From NCBI GenBank assembly GCA_918797485.1, contig CAKKNE010000006.1:3534001-3598000 (forward strand): 64,000 nucleotides of DNA, read 5' to 3'. The stretch is from Pelagomonas calceolata (lineage: Eukaryota). Shown piece after piece: positions 10,715 to 19,605 of the stretch. The notes beneath the pieces are model-generated. The model had not been told where the DNA came from and did no database searches. It saw nothing but the letters and a program-made list of their open reading frames with translations. The stretch's first letter is position 1. Each line of letters begins with the position of its first letter. The position numbers and the translations under genes are program-made.

Positions 10715-10935
10715 TTAGCCCTGGCAAACAAGGGTACGTGGCGAGTGAGTTTCGTCATAGGCGGTAAATAATTCGTATTCAGGAATGCGATTCAAATGAA
10801 CCCCGTACGAAGAGTACGATTGATGGTGTTCAGCGTACAGAGAGAGCCTCATGTGCTGGCATCGATGATGGGGCCGCGCGCCAGCATGACGGCGCGATAG
10901 CGTGACACCAAGCGGGGCAGCCTCCCTCCACAACC

Positions 10936-12264
10936 ATGGCCAACGACAAGACAGCAAAAGTGTCCCCCGGCCAAGGAGCCCAGGGCAAGGCCACGCGCAG
11001 CCGTAGAGAGTTAAAAAAGAAGCTCAAGAAGGCCGGCCACGTCGCCGTCGCCGCGACGGAGCTCGAAAAGGGCGCCAAGGACGTCAAGGACAGGTACGGC
11101 AAAACAAAGGGCGAGACGCTCCGCGGCGCGCAGGGCCGCGACAAAAAACGGCAGAATCCCATCGTGCCCAAGGCCATCTCTACGAGAGCCGCCTCGAACA
11201 AAGCTAATTTAGTGATGGCGGCCAAGATGTGCAAGGACCCGGTGCAGATGTCGATGCGAGATGTCTGCACTGATTTCCTCGACCCCTTCCACCAGTGGTC
11301 GTCGCAGAAGGTCGGCGATGCCTACCTGAAGAGGATGCAGCCCATTGATTGGTTCTCTAGAGATACCGGTTGCAGAGGAGCATGGTGTTTCACTTCTGCC
11401 TGGAGGTGTGCTAGTCGATTGGGCAGTGCAGGTACGGACGCCGCGGGCTACGCCGTGGCCTGGTCGGCTCTAGGCTTTATTGGAGAAGGTTTACATCGAA
11501 ATACCTACATCGGCTCGTACGTGGCCGGCCCGAAAAGGGGCCGGAGATGCGTCGTCAAGCGTTTGAAGGGCGAAAAGGGGTCCTGGACCGGAGACCAGAT
11601 GCCGGATTTTTTAAGGCAGGACATCGGCGTGTCGGATGTCTGCATCTGCTTGGCTGGGGAGTTCAACAAATTGCAACAAAATAACCGGACTCGTACCTTA
11701 CGGTTCAACAAGTACCTTGCTTTACGGGTAGGGAGTGCGGGTCGGTTATCAGGCTTCGCACCGGGCGAGTGGGTGACCGTCGAGGACTACTATCCCGGTG
11801 GGTTTGAAAAGCTCGTGGCCAATAGCGGTGTTGTGGCCTATGAGAACAATAGGGGTTCGCTCGCTACATTTTCTCATTGGACCTACCACAGAACCCAAGG
11901 GAAATTCTTAGTGACGGATATCCAAGGCGTAAGGCCAAAACTGGAGGAGATCTATCTACTCACGGACCCGGCGATCCATTCGGTCGATGAGCGTGGTGGG
12001 TGTCTGGACCACGGCGAAAGCGGGATTCTGAACTTCTTCGCCACGCACGAGTGCACTAGTCGTTGCAAGGATCTACTGAGGCCTCGTGTGAGCGAGGAGG
12101 AGCTGCGGAAAAGACGCGATAGAGTAGCAAAAAGGCCGGGCGGCTGGCGCATGGCGAAGGGCGACAGCGACGAGGAGGAGAAGGATCCCGCTTCCAAACC
12201 TCCTTCGTTCGCGCATGCGCAGCGGGAAACGCGACTCATCTTCCAGGCTCCCAAGACCAAGTAA
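10936..12264 (+). CDS. Alpha-kinase (eEF2K/MHCK family)
   Basis: FSHWTY, LVTDIQGV, LTDPAIHS, and the zinc site FFATHECT..C. Confidence 0.85.
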   Translation: MANDKTAKVSPGQGAQGKATRSRRELKKKLKKAGHVAVAATELEKGAKDVKDRYGKTKGETLRGAQGRDKKRQNPIVPKAISTRAASNKANLVMAAKMCKDPVQMSMRDVCTDFLDPFHQWSSQKVGDAYLKRMQPIDWFSRDTGCRGAWCFTSAWRCASRLGSAGTDAAGYAVAWSALGFIGEGLHRNTYIGSYVAGPKRGRRCVVKRLKGEKGSWTGDQMPDFLRQDIGVSDVCICLAGEFNKLQQNNRTRTLRFNKYLALRVGSAGRLSGFAPGEWVTVEDYYPGGFEKLVANSGVVAYENNRGSLATFSHWTYHRTQGKFLVTDIQGVRPKLEEIYLLTDPAIHSVDERGGCLDHGESGILNFFATHECTSRCKDLLRPRVSEEELRKRRDRVAKRPGGWRMAKGDSDEEEKDPASKPPSFAHAQRETRLIFQAPKTK

Positions 12265-12484
12265 CTTATTTATTGTTCGTACTAGTCCACGTCCGTCGTC
12301 CGCGGCTAGGCGGCCTAGCTCTAAGCAAGCACACGTCGACGGCGTATGGGCTGTACCAAGAAGACTCGGTCGCGCGGGGAGGCGTCGGCTCCGCGGCCCG
12401 GCGGTCCTGGCGGCCTCGTGTAGCTCTGGACGCTCGCGCAGACCGCTAACCTCCACGCTGTCGAGGCGATATCTAGTCACAGTC

Positions 12485-12967
12485 TTAGGACCCTTCGGGG
12501 GGGTTCCGGAAGGCGCGCACCAACTCCCAGCACCGCTCCTCCATGCCCTTCAATTCAGTATGCCACGTCTCGTAGCGCGCCTTCTCCAGGACGCCTTCTC
12601 TCCCATCTTGAATCTCGCGGAGCTTCTTCGCGACGGGCTCGGGGTCCACGGCCGGCTCCAAGGACGCCAGCTCCTCGTTCGCCCGTCGCAGTCGCAGCGC
12701 GAGCTCGCGGATCTCCTCGTCCAGAGCCTCTTCATCCACGTCGTCGGGGGCATCGGTCGGTACGTCGCCCAAGGGCCGCGTCTCCCGCGCATTTGATGCA
12801 ATCTCGGGCGCTCGTCGCGGCGCCAGAATATTTGTTTGGACATATAGCTCAAATAAATCGGCCTCGACGTCGAAGAACTCCTGGAAGCGCGCGAGCATGC
12901 GCTGCGTGCCGAGTCTTACCGCTACTTTCAGTTCGATCTCCGTCGGTTCTGGGGGTTGGTCGGCCAT
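12485..12967 (-). CDS. Possible Mis12-like kinetochore protein
   Basis: DLFELYVQTNIL resembles the Mis12 'DKFELY..RNIF' motif and is followed by a coiled coil. Confidence 0.45.
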   Translation of the reverse strand: MADQPPEPTEIELKVAVRLGTQRMLARFQEFFDVEADLFELYVQTNILAPRRAPEIASNARETRPLGDVPTDAPDDVDEEALDEEIRELALRLRRANEELASLEPAVDPEPVAKKLREIQDGREGVLEKARYETWHTELKGMEERCWELVRAFRNPPEGS

Positions 12968-13162
12968 GGCTCCAGCGCTGCGCGCGCAGACTCAAATTCC
13001 CGCGTGCTTTGGAGGCAAAGCAAAACAAGCAAGTGCCGGAGCGCAGGACTCGCGGAGAGCTTCTCTGTGCTGTAGGGCAGCACTGGTGTAGCTCAAACAC
13101 TGCTCGTTGTGTGCTGAGCGGGCAAATAGGGTGACTTTTTGCTGTGGCTCCAGTTTGCCAGC

Positions 13163-13184
13163 GCTAGCGTCGTAAGACACTAGC
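13163..13184 (-). promoter_or_regulatory. CTAG-TGTCTTA-CTAG promoter element
   Basis: Reverse complement reads GCTAGTGTCTTACGACGCTAGC; divergent gap. Confidence 0.7.
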
Positions 13185-13287
13185 CTCGAGCCGATTTCGA
13201 TGCAGTGCTGTGGGCGCTGTAGTCGTGCAAAATCGACGAGATAGGGCGCGGGGCAGCCGCGTGCATAGTAAAGAAGCAGCCCGCACC

Positions 13288-14244
13288 ATGGCCGAGCAAA
13301 TCAGCAAGAGCCAAGCCCAGCCGATGCGCCGCGATGAGGCCACGACCAAATCATTGATCTCGGCCTGCTACGCCGGCGACTTAGAACGAGTCGTCGCATT
13401 GCTAGGCGACGGCGCGGACCCGAGCGCGACGGATGTGGTGGGGTGGTTTCCGTTGTACCAGGCGGCCTGCGGCGGCGACTCCCACTCCGAAGACCATGCG
13501 AAGGTCATCGCGACGCTCATTGATCACGGGGTCCATCCCGATCAAAGAACGCCGAACGGCGAGACGGCGCTCATGGCCGCGGCGTACCGGGGCCACGCGC
13601 CGTGTGTCGCGATACTAGTCATGAAGGGCGCGGATGCCCATACAACAGCGTCATCAGGCCCATGGGAAGGTCGGGACTGCTTCTGGATCGCCAAGACAAG
13701 TGTGGAGCAAAAAGTTATGAAACAGGAGGAGCTCGAGGTGGTCCTGGCGGCTTTGAAGCTGGAGCGCGGCACCGCTCCACCGCAGCCGGCATCGGTACCG
13801 CCGCCGGCGCCCGCAGAACCACCAAAAACACAAGAGGCCTGCGCCTACTGCGGCGACGCCGCTAATCGTAGATGCTCGCGCTGCAAGAAAGTGTGGTACT
13901 GCAGCGTCCTCTGCCAGCAGGAGCACTACAAGAAGGGTCATCGTAGTAAATGCTGGGCCGCCAAGGGCGTGAAGGCGGCGCCGTTACTCAAACCGCAGAA
14001 ACCGGCGCCGCCACCGGCGCCAGCCGCGGAGGAAGACGACTTCTCCGCGTTGCCGCCGACCGAGGCCGCGGCGCGGGCCGGCGCGCGCGCCGCGCAGAAG
14101 GTCTTTGATAAGGGCGGCAGCGTTCAAAATGCGGCGACGGAGGCCGGCCGCGCCGCGTCGCTGGCGGCCATGGCCCGGGGCCTTTCGATCACGGACGCGG
14201 CGGCGGCCTCTCGAGACGCCTGCGCCGCGGTGACCGGCGACTAA
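13288..14244 (+). CDS. Ankyrin-repeat and MYND zinc-finger protein
   Basis: Ankyrin motif GETALMAAAYRGH; MYND motif CAYC...CSRCKKVWYCSVLCQQEHY..H...C. Confidence 0.85.
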   Translation: MAEQISKSQAQPMRRDEATTKSLISACYAGDLERVVALLGDGADPSATDVVGWFPLYQAACGGDSHSEDHAKVIATLIDHGVHPDQRTPNGETALMAAAYRGHAPCVAILVMKGADAHTTASSGPWEGRDCFWIAKTSVEQKVMKQEELEVVLAALKLERGTAPPQPASVPPPAPAEPPKTQEACAYCGDAANRRCSRCKKVWYCSVLCQQEHYKKGHRSKCWAAKGVKAAPLLKPQKPAPPPAPAAEEDDFSALPPTEAAARAGARAAQKVFDKGGSVQNAATEAGRAASLAAMARGLSITDAAAASRDACAAVTGD

Positions 14245-14295
14245 CACTATGTAGTTTAGACCCACCCCCCTGGGAGAGGTATGTACATGACCCCC

Positions 14296-14351
14296 GTCGC
14301 GTCGATGGCGTCGAGGTGGTGCCGCACCGCCCTGGACGCCACCGACGCGAC
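14296..14351. repeat. Long inverted repeat (hairpin) between convergent genes
   Basis: GTCGCGTCGATGGCGTCGAGG pairs with CCTGGACGCCACCGACGCGAC; inner GGTGC/GCACC also pairs. Confidence 0.75.
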
Positions 14352-14357
14352 ATCCAA

Positions 14358-15791
14358 TCACGAAGCCAGCGCCTTCACCACGGCGCCCGTCTCCGCCGTC
14401 CAGCCGACAATCCCCCCCTGCGACACGATCATCGCCAGCGTCGCCTCTTTAAACGCGGGGATGTACGACTCCGTCGCGTCAGAAACGACCAAGACTTCGA
14501 AGCCTCGATCGTTTGCTTCTCTTGCAGTAGACTGGACGCAGACCTCGGTGGTCACGCCCGTCATGATTAGGTGCGTGCAGCCGGCGGCTCGCAATTGCGT
14601 TTCGAGAGATGTGGCGTAGAAGGCGCCCTTGCCCGGCTTGTGTATTATGATCTCACTGTCGCGTGGTTGCAACTCATCAATGATAGCATTGCCCGCCTCG
14701 CCCTTCACCAGCACTCGTCCTAACTCGCCCTTTTCGCCGATCTTGGGACACCGCCGCTTCTTCGCGGGATGCACATCCGACAAATCTTTTGAATGAGCCT
14801 CGAGCGTGTGGGCGACCGTCAGGCCCTTGGACCTGAATAACTCAAGCAATCGCTTCGCGTTCTGAACACCTTGTCGTAATGATGTAACATCATTCCCTAG
14901 CGACGCGCCGAAGCCCCGCGGGTCCAGGAAATCGTTCTGCCAGTCGACCATCAGCAAAGCGACCGACGTTGGCAAGAATGAGTAGGGAAAGGGCTTCGCC
15001 TCGGCAATGGTCTTCGTTAAAAGATTCCCCTGTGGGGCTAGGACGAGGGGCCGGAAGGGCCGTTGCGGCCACGCTGGTGCACCTTTCATAGGATTAGTAG
15101 GCAACGCATCCAGCACCTTGAGAATCGCATTTGAGGAAGCGATGCACCCAAACACGCCGTGCTGCATCGTGACCATCTTGTGGGCCGCTTGATGATTTCC
15201 GGGATCAGTGGCGCCCGTGCCGTCCGTGATCAGACAACACTCGAAGCCCCGGTCATTACCCTCGCGCATAGTAGTGTGCACACAGACGTCCGTCGTGATG
15301 CCTCCCAACAACAATGTAGTAGTACCGGTCGTCCGCAACAACATTTCTAGGTCCGTGGCATGAAAACTACCTTTGCCGCACTTGTCTATTATATCTTCGT
15401 GAGGTAAGGGTAGTAGCTCGGGGATCAGATCCCAGCCCGGCTCGCCCCGCACCAACACACGACCACACGGCCCCGGCGTGCCGATGCCCCCCGAACCACC
15501 GCAGATCTGGGCTGATCGCCACCTCTTATTTTGTGGCAAATCTGCTAATGAGGGCCTATGCCCTTCCCGTGTGTGGATCACGCGGCAGCCCGTCCGGCGC
15601 GCGGCTTTGAGAATGCGCTGTAAAGGTTCGATGGGCGCCCGCGTCGCATTGATGTCGTAGCCCATCTGGTCCACATACCCACCGTGGCCGCAGAAATCGA
15701 CCTGCATGTCTATGAGTATGAGTGCCGTCTTGGCTGGGTCCAGGTCGCCGTCGTAGGGGAAGGCGTAGGGCTTGGCCTCGATCTGGGGCAT
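14358..15791 (-). CDS. Tandem isochorismatase-like cysteine hydrolase: biuret hydrolase (BiuH)-like domain fused to triuret hydrolase (TrtA)-like domain
   Basis: Domain 1: DMQVDFCGHGGYVD, NKRWRS, ITTDVCV, MQHGVFG. Domain 2: DFLDPRGFGASLGND, VTTEVCV, ATESY, QGGIVGW. Confidence 0.85.
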   Translation of the reverse strand: MPQIEAKPYAFPYDGDLDPAKTALILIDMQVDFCGHGGYVDQMGYDINATRAPIEPLQRILKAARRTGCRVIHTREGHRPSLADLPQNKRWRSAQICGGSGGIGTPGPCGRVLVRGEPGWDLIPELLPLPHEDIIDKCGKGSFHATDLEMLLRTTGTTTLLLGGITTDVCVHTTMREGNDRGFECCLITDGTGATDPGNHQAAHKMVTMQHGVFGCIASSNAILKVLDALPTNPMKGAPAWPQRPFRPLVLAPQGNLLTKTIAEAKPFPYSFLPTSVALLMVDWQNDFLDPRGFGASLGNDVTSLRQGVQNAKRLLELFRSKGLTVAHTLEAHSKDLSDVHPAKKRRCPKIGEKGELGRVLVKGEAGNAIIDELQPRDSEIIIHKPGKGAFYATSLETQLRAAGCTHLIMTGVTTEVCVQSTAREANDRGFEVLVVSDATESYIPAFKEATLAMIVSQGGIVGWTAETGAVVKALAS

Positions 15792-16165
15792 GGTCGTCGT
15801 TGGTGGCTGCCTCTTCTCCGCGGGCACCCTTTGCTCCTATAGCGTGACTGCTGGGTGGGCAGCCTCTCTGCTCTTCCAGAGCTGGAGACCTTGGCTGCCC
15901 CGCACGATCAGCCCGCTGCATTTTGATTAACGGGGAAGAGCGACTCCTCCGAGAGGAAGCGCAGACTGGAAATCTGTCCTCGACGCGCAAAACCCGTCAA
16001 AAAAACTTCCTGCCTCAGCTCCATCTGGCACTGCACGATATTCTAGTCCAGCAAGGGCCTGCTGTGCATAAAAACATCTCATTGCTGGCCCCCCGTGCGC
16101 TGCTTGCTTCCCGCAATAAATTACACACCACACGCGGAGCACTCTGGTGCACAAGAGCAGACATC

Positions 16166-17377
16166 ATGAGAGTGCTCACCTCACTCCTCGCCACGACGGC
16201 CGCAGCGTGGACAGTAGACAAGATGAACCGCCCACAGGGCCGCGTCGCCGACCCCGACGGCCTCCTGAAAAACCCTGACGCCATCGAGGATGCGCTCGCG
16301 CGGCTCGCGACCAAGCACGTCGAGTGGCCGCCAAATTCGCCCTGCGCGACGACGAACGTCGACGGCGTCGAGGCCGTGGTCGTCGTCGTCACGCACTTAA
16401 GAGGCGTGCACCTCAAGCAAGAAGACGACGAAAAGCGGAGGCGCGCGGGGGAGTTCGCGCGCGGCCTGCATGACAAGTGGGGCGTCGGTTCTAAGAAATG
16501 CTCGAACGGCGTGCTCATCGTCATTGATTATGGCGACCGCGCTTTTTATTTGAGCACCGGCGATGGCGTGCGTGCCGGCGGGCTCCTCTCGGACGCGCGC
16601 GCCACGCGAGCCCTCGAGGCGAGCGCGCCGTATTTGAGGAGCGGAGCCATCGACGAGGGCGTCCTGAAGACCATAAAGAAGGTCGACGCGTTCCTGGCCC
16701 GGGGCCCGCCGACGTGGAGCGAGTGGCTCGCGTCGTTTGTGTCCAATGACTTTGTGTTACTTTTATTCTGGGTTTTCATTTACTGGTTGATTAAATGCTG
16801 TGCTGGTGATTGGGAGTTCGTCCTTCCGTGGCGCGACCGGCGGCGCCGCGAGTACGAGGCCGCGACGCGCCAGCTCAGGGCCGTCGAGAAGTTCCGCGAC
16901 GCCACGGAGGGCGAGACGTCGGCGGCGGAGAGCTGTCCCGTCTGTTTGGAAGATTTCAAAACGACACCGAAGGCTTTGGGCTGCGGCCACGTCTTCTGCG
17001 CGCCGTGCCTGAGCCAGTGGACGCGGGAGAACGCGACGTGTCCTATTTGTAGAGCGCCCGTCGCCGGCTCGGACTACGGCACGGCGGCGGCGCCGAGCTA
17101 CACGCCTTCACAAAGACGCGACGACGAGGTCGTCTACCGGCTGCGGCGGGTCCACCGCATGTACCCGACGTTTTTCGAGCGGACGAGAAGCGACGAATTG
17201 TTCGACGGCGGCTACCGGTCCGGCAGCCTCTCGCGCTACGCGCGCGCGCCGCCAGCGCCGCCGCCGCGGGCGTCGTACTCGTCGTCGCGCGGCTCCCGCT
17301 CCGGCGGGTACTCGTCGTCGTCGTCGACGTACGGCGGGGGCCGCAGCTCGGGCGGTGGTGGGGGCGGGGGGTGGTGA
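16166..17377 (+). CDS. TPM-domain (YgcG/MOLO-1-like) membrane protein with RING finger and Gly/Ser tail
   Basis: Signal peptide; LHDKWGVG...NGVLIVI...STGDG; transmembrane helix; CPVCLEDF...CGHVFC..C...CPIC; ends GGGGGGGW. Confidence 0.8.
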   Translation: MRVLTSLLATTAAAWTVDKMNRPQGRVADPDGLLKNPDAIEDALARLATKHVEWPPNSPCATTNVDGVEAVVVVVTHLRGVHLKQEDDEKRRRAGEFARGLHDKWGVGSKKCSNGVLIVIDYGDRAFYLSTGDGVRAGGLLSDARATRALEASAPYLRSGAIDEGVLKTIKKVDAFLARGPPTWSEWLASFVSNDFVLLLFWVFIYWLIKCCAGDWEFVLPWRDRRRREYEAATRQLRAVEKFRDATEGETSAAESCPVCLEDFKTTPKALGCGHVFCAPCLSQWTRENATCPICRAPVAGSDYGTAAAPSYTPSQRRDDEVVYRLRRVHRMYPTFFERTRSDELFDGGYRSGSLSRYARAPPAPPPRASYSSSRGSRSGGYSSSSSTYGGGRSSGGGGGGGW

Positions 17378-17436
17378 GGCCCTTCTCTTGCCTGGCCCAA
17401 TTGTCCCAATTTTTTTACAGTTATTATCACTTACTT

Positions 17437-18699
17437 CTAGATGAGGGGGACGTGCGAGGCCATCAGGCGACACACGACATCGCCTGGTATGTGGACTAGC
17501 GTTGTCCAGGAGGAGCAGTCATCTTCGAGGACCTTTATGGTATTGTCATTTCCGAAGACCGCATATTTGCCGTCGATGCAGCCGCTTGGACAATAATTAT
17601 CCGGGCGAGTGTAGCTCTTCCTCTCCGTTTCCGCGTTCTCGTCAGTCGACTCCCAATCCGGTACGATTTCGTAGATAGTCCCCGAGCCGGTCTCCGGATC
17701 TAGGTCCTCTGGGTCGTACATTTCGATCAGCTGCTGCTGCCTGGCTCCCGAAAACCAAATCTCGCCCCCGACGACCGCGGCGTGCGCACCCCAGCGATAG
17801 ATGTGGTCACCATTGTCATGATCGTAAGTTGGAGTACATGTCCACGTGTCATTGTCAACGTCGTATACCTGCACTATAGGACAAGTGATACGAGTGTTAG
17901 CATTCGCACCGCCGATCACGTACAGCTTGTTGCCTAAGGCGGCGCACGCGCCCTGCCACACACCGACCTGCATCTCAGCCCGCTGTCGCCACTCGTCCGC
18001 GTCGACGTCGTACTCGTAGACGCCGCATTCGGCTGGGGTGCGAAGAATGTCCGTATCCGGCGTCATCGAGAAGTAGTCGTCGTTGGCGCGGTGGTCTGCA
18101 TTATGCAAGACCGGCGGTCGAGTGATGACGGCGCCACCCGCACAGAAAAGCCGCCCCGCCACCACTGCGAACGCTGGAGCCTCGACCGGGGCCGTGGCCT
18201 CCTCTCCTGCCCCGAGGAAATAGGGACTGTCGACCGGGGGTGCCGCCAGCGTCCGCCACGTTCCTTTTGATACGTTAAAGGCGTGCATGTGGCACAGAGG
18301 CGAGTCTATCCTTCGGTGATTCATACCGTCGCCACCAATAACCATGACCTCGTCGCCCAGGACCGCACACCGCTCGAAGCCGTCCGCGCCCCTGCCGGGA
18401 CCCCGGAGGAGTCGGCCGTCGTGAGTCACGAGGAAGCTCGGCGTCGTCTCGAGGCTGCCATCCCGCTCCCAACCGTTGTCGTAACAATACACGAGACATG
18501 TGCCCGTCTCGCCGATGGCGCGTCGCGCCCGCTCGAACGGCTTCGACGCGACGACGTGCCGCCATTGCTTGCAGACGCTCGTGATGGCCGAGCGGTCGGC
18601 AAATGACACCGTGGCGAGTATGTGGTTCAGGACGTCGTCTCCAAAGCTCTTGAACAGGAGGATCGTGCGCGCGCCGCGTGCAGAGCGGGTCTGAGGCAT
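17437..18699 (-). CDS. F-box/kelch-repeat protein
   Basis: F-box DDVLNHIL...VCKQWRHVV; kelch units LYVIGG, YDVDADEW, YDVDNDTW. Confidence 0.8.
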   Translation of the reverse strand: MPQTRSARGARTILLFKSFGDDVLNHILATVSFADRSAITSVCKQWRHVVASKPFERARRAIGETGTCLVYCYDNGWERDGSLETTPSFLVTHDGRLLRGPGRGADGFERCAVLGDEVMVIGGDGMNHRRIDSPLCHMHAFNVSKGTWRTLAAPPVDSPYFLGAGEEATAPVEAPAFAVVAGRLFCAGGAVITRPPVLHNADHRANDDYFSMTPDTDILRTPAECGVYEYDVDADEWRQRAEMQVGVWQGACAALGNKLYVIGGANANTRITCPIVQVYDVDNDTWTCTPTYDHDNGDHIYRWGAHAAVVGGEIWFSGARQQQLIEMYDPEDLDPETGSGTIYEIVPDWESTDENAETERKSYTRPDNYCPSGCIDGKYAVFGNDNTIKVLEDDCSSWTTLVHIPGDVVCRLMASHVPLI

Positions 18700-19011
18700 G
18701 GCAGTGCTACTGTTGTTGGGGCGCGGCGGTGAAACACAAGCACGCACGCCTTGCGCCAAGAGGTCTCGTTCACTGCACTATTTTATCGCAGCCCAACGCG
18801 TGTGCAAGCCTGCGCTGCTGCGTGTTGTCCCCCAAGCTGTGATTTGTGCTCTCCCTCAGCTGTGGCCTCAAAACGCAGCGCAGGCGTGGACGTTTGGCAC
18901 AAGACCTATATTAATAACGTTTCAGACAAATATCGACAGCGGACGCAGCGCTGCGGCCTTCGCGGCCGGTCCCAGCTCTGCCAGCAGCACTGCCACAGAC
19001 TGCTGAGCACA

Positions 19012-19485
19012 ATGCGGCTCGCACTACTCCTTATTTGTCACGCATACTGCCTGCGACCCGTCGCGAGGCCACACTCTCGCGTCGACAGGCGACCGAGCGA
19101 TGGACTGACGCCCGACGAGGTCGCCGAGCTCCTCAGCTTCCCGCCGGGCTGGCGGAGCCGCGTCGCGCTCAAAGTCGACGCGCCGCCCGCCCGCGAGGCC
19201 GTCACCAGGGCCTTCTATGCGGATCTACGGAAGCGGGCCGACGAACTAGGAGGCGCGAAGAAGTACCGCGTCGACGCGCCGCGGGGCTTCTTGAATGTCC
19301 ACTCCGAGCCGGACGACCCCTTCCGCCTGGACAACGTCGTCGAGCAGCTCGACCACGGCACCGTCGTGACGGCCGTCGAGGAGCGCGACGGCTGGGTCCG
19401 CCACGACATGGGCGGCTGGTCGATCCGCGAACACGGCGGCCACGCGTTCCTCGTGCCGCTCGACGACGACGCCTCCGGCGCGTAG
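19012..19485 (+). CDS. Hypothetical protein with signal peptide and SH3b-like C-terminus
   Basis: MRLALLLICHAYC leader; LNVHSEP...GTVVTAVEERDGWVR...GGW. Confidence 0.5.
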   Translation: MRLALLLICHAYCLRPVARPHSRVDRRPSDGLTPDEVAELLSFPPGWRSRVALKVDAPPAREAVTRAFYADLRKRADELGGAKKYRVDAPRGFLNVHSEPDDPFRLDNVVEQLDHGTVVTAVEERDGWVRHDMGGWSIREHGGHAFLVPLDDDASGA

Positions 19486-19605
19486 ACGCCGTCGACGCGG
19501 CAGCCCCATGTGTTAAATGTATGTATTCTATGGTATACGCAGTATAAGCGGTGCCCAGGACACCGTGAGAGTAGAGTAGTCTATGCTTAAGACCGGGGGA
19601 GACTC

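Noticed and set aside
15792..16165. Expected CTAG element in this divergent gap, and in 18700-19011 and 42968-43193
   Set aside because: No convincing match was found, so the element is common but not present at every promoter.
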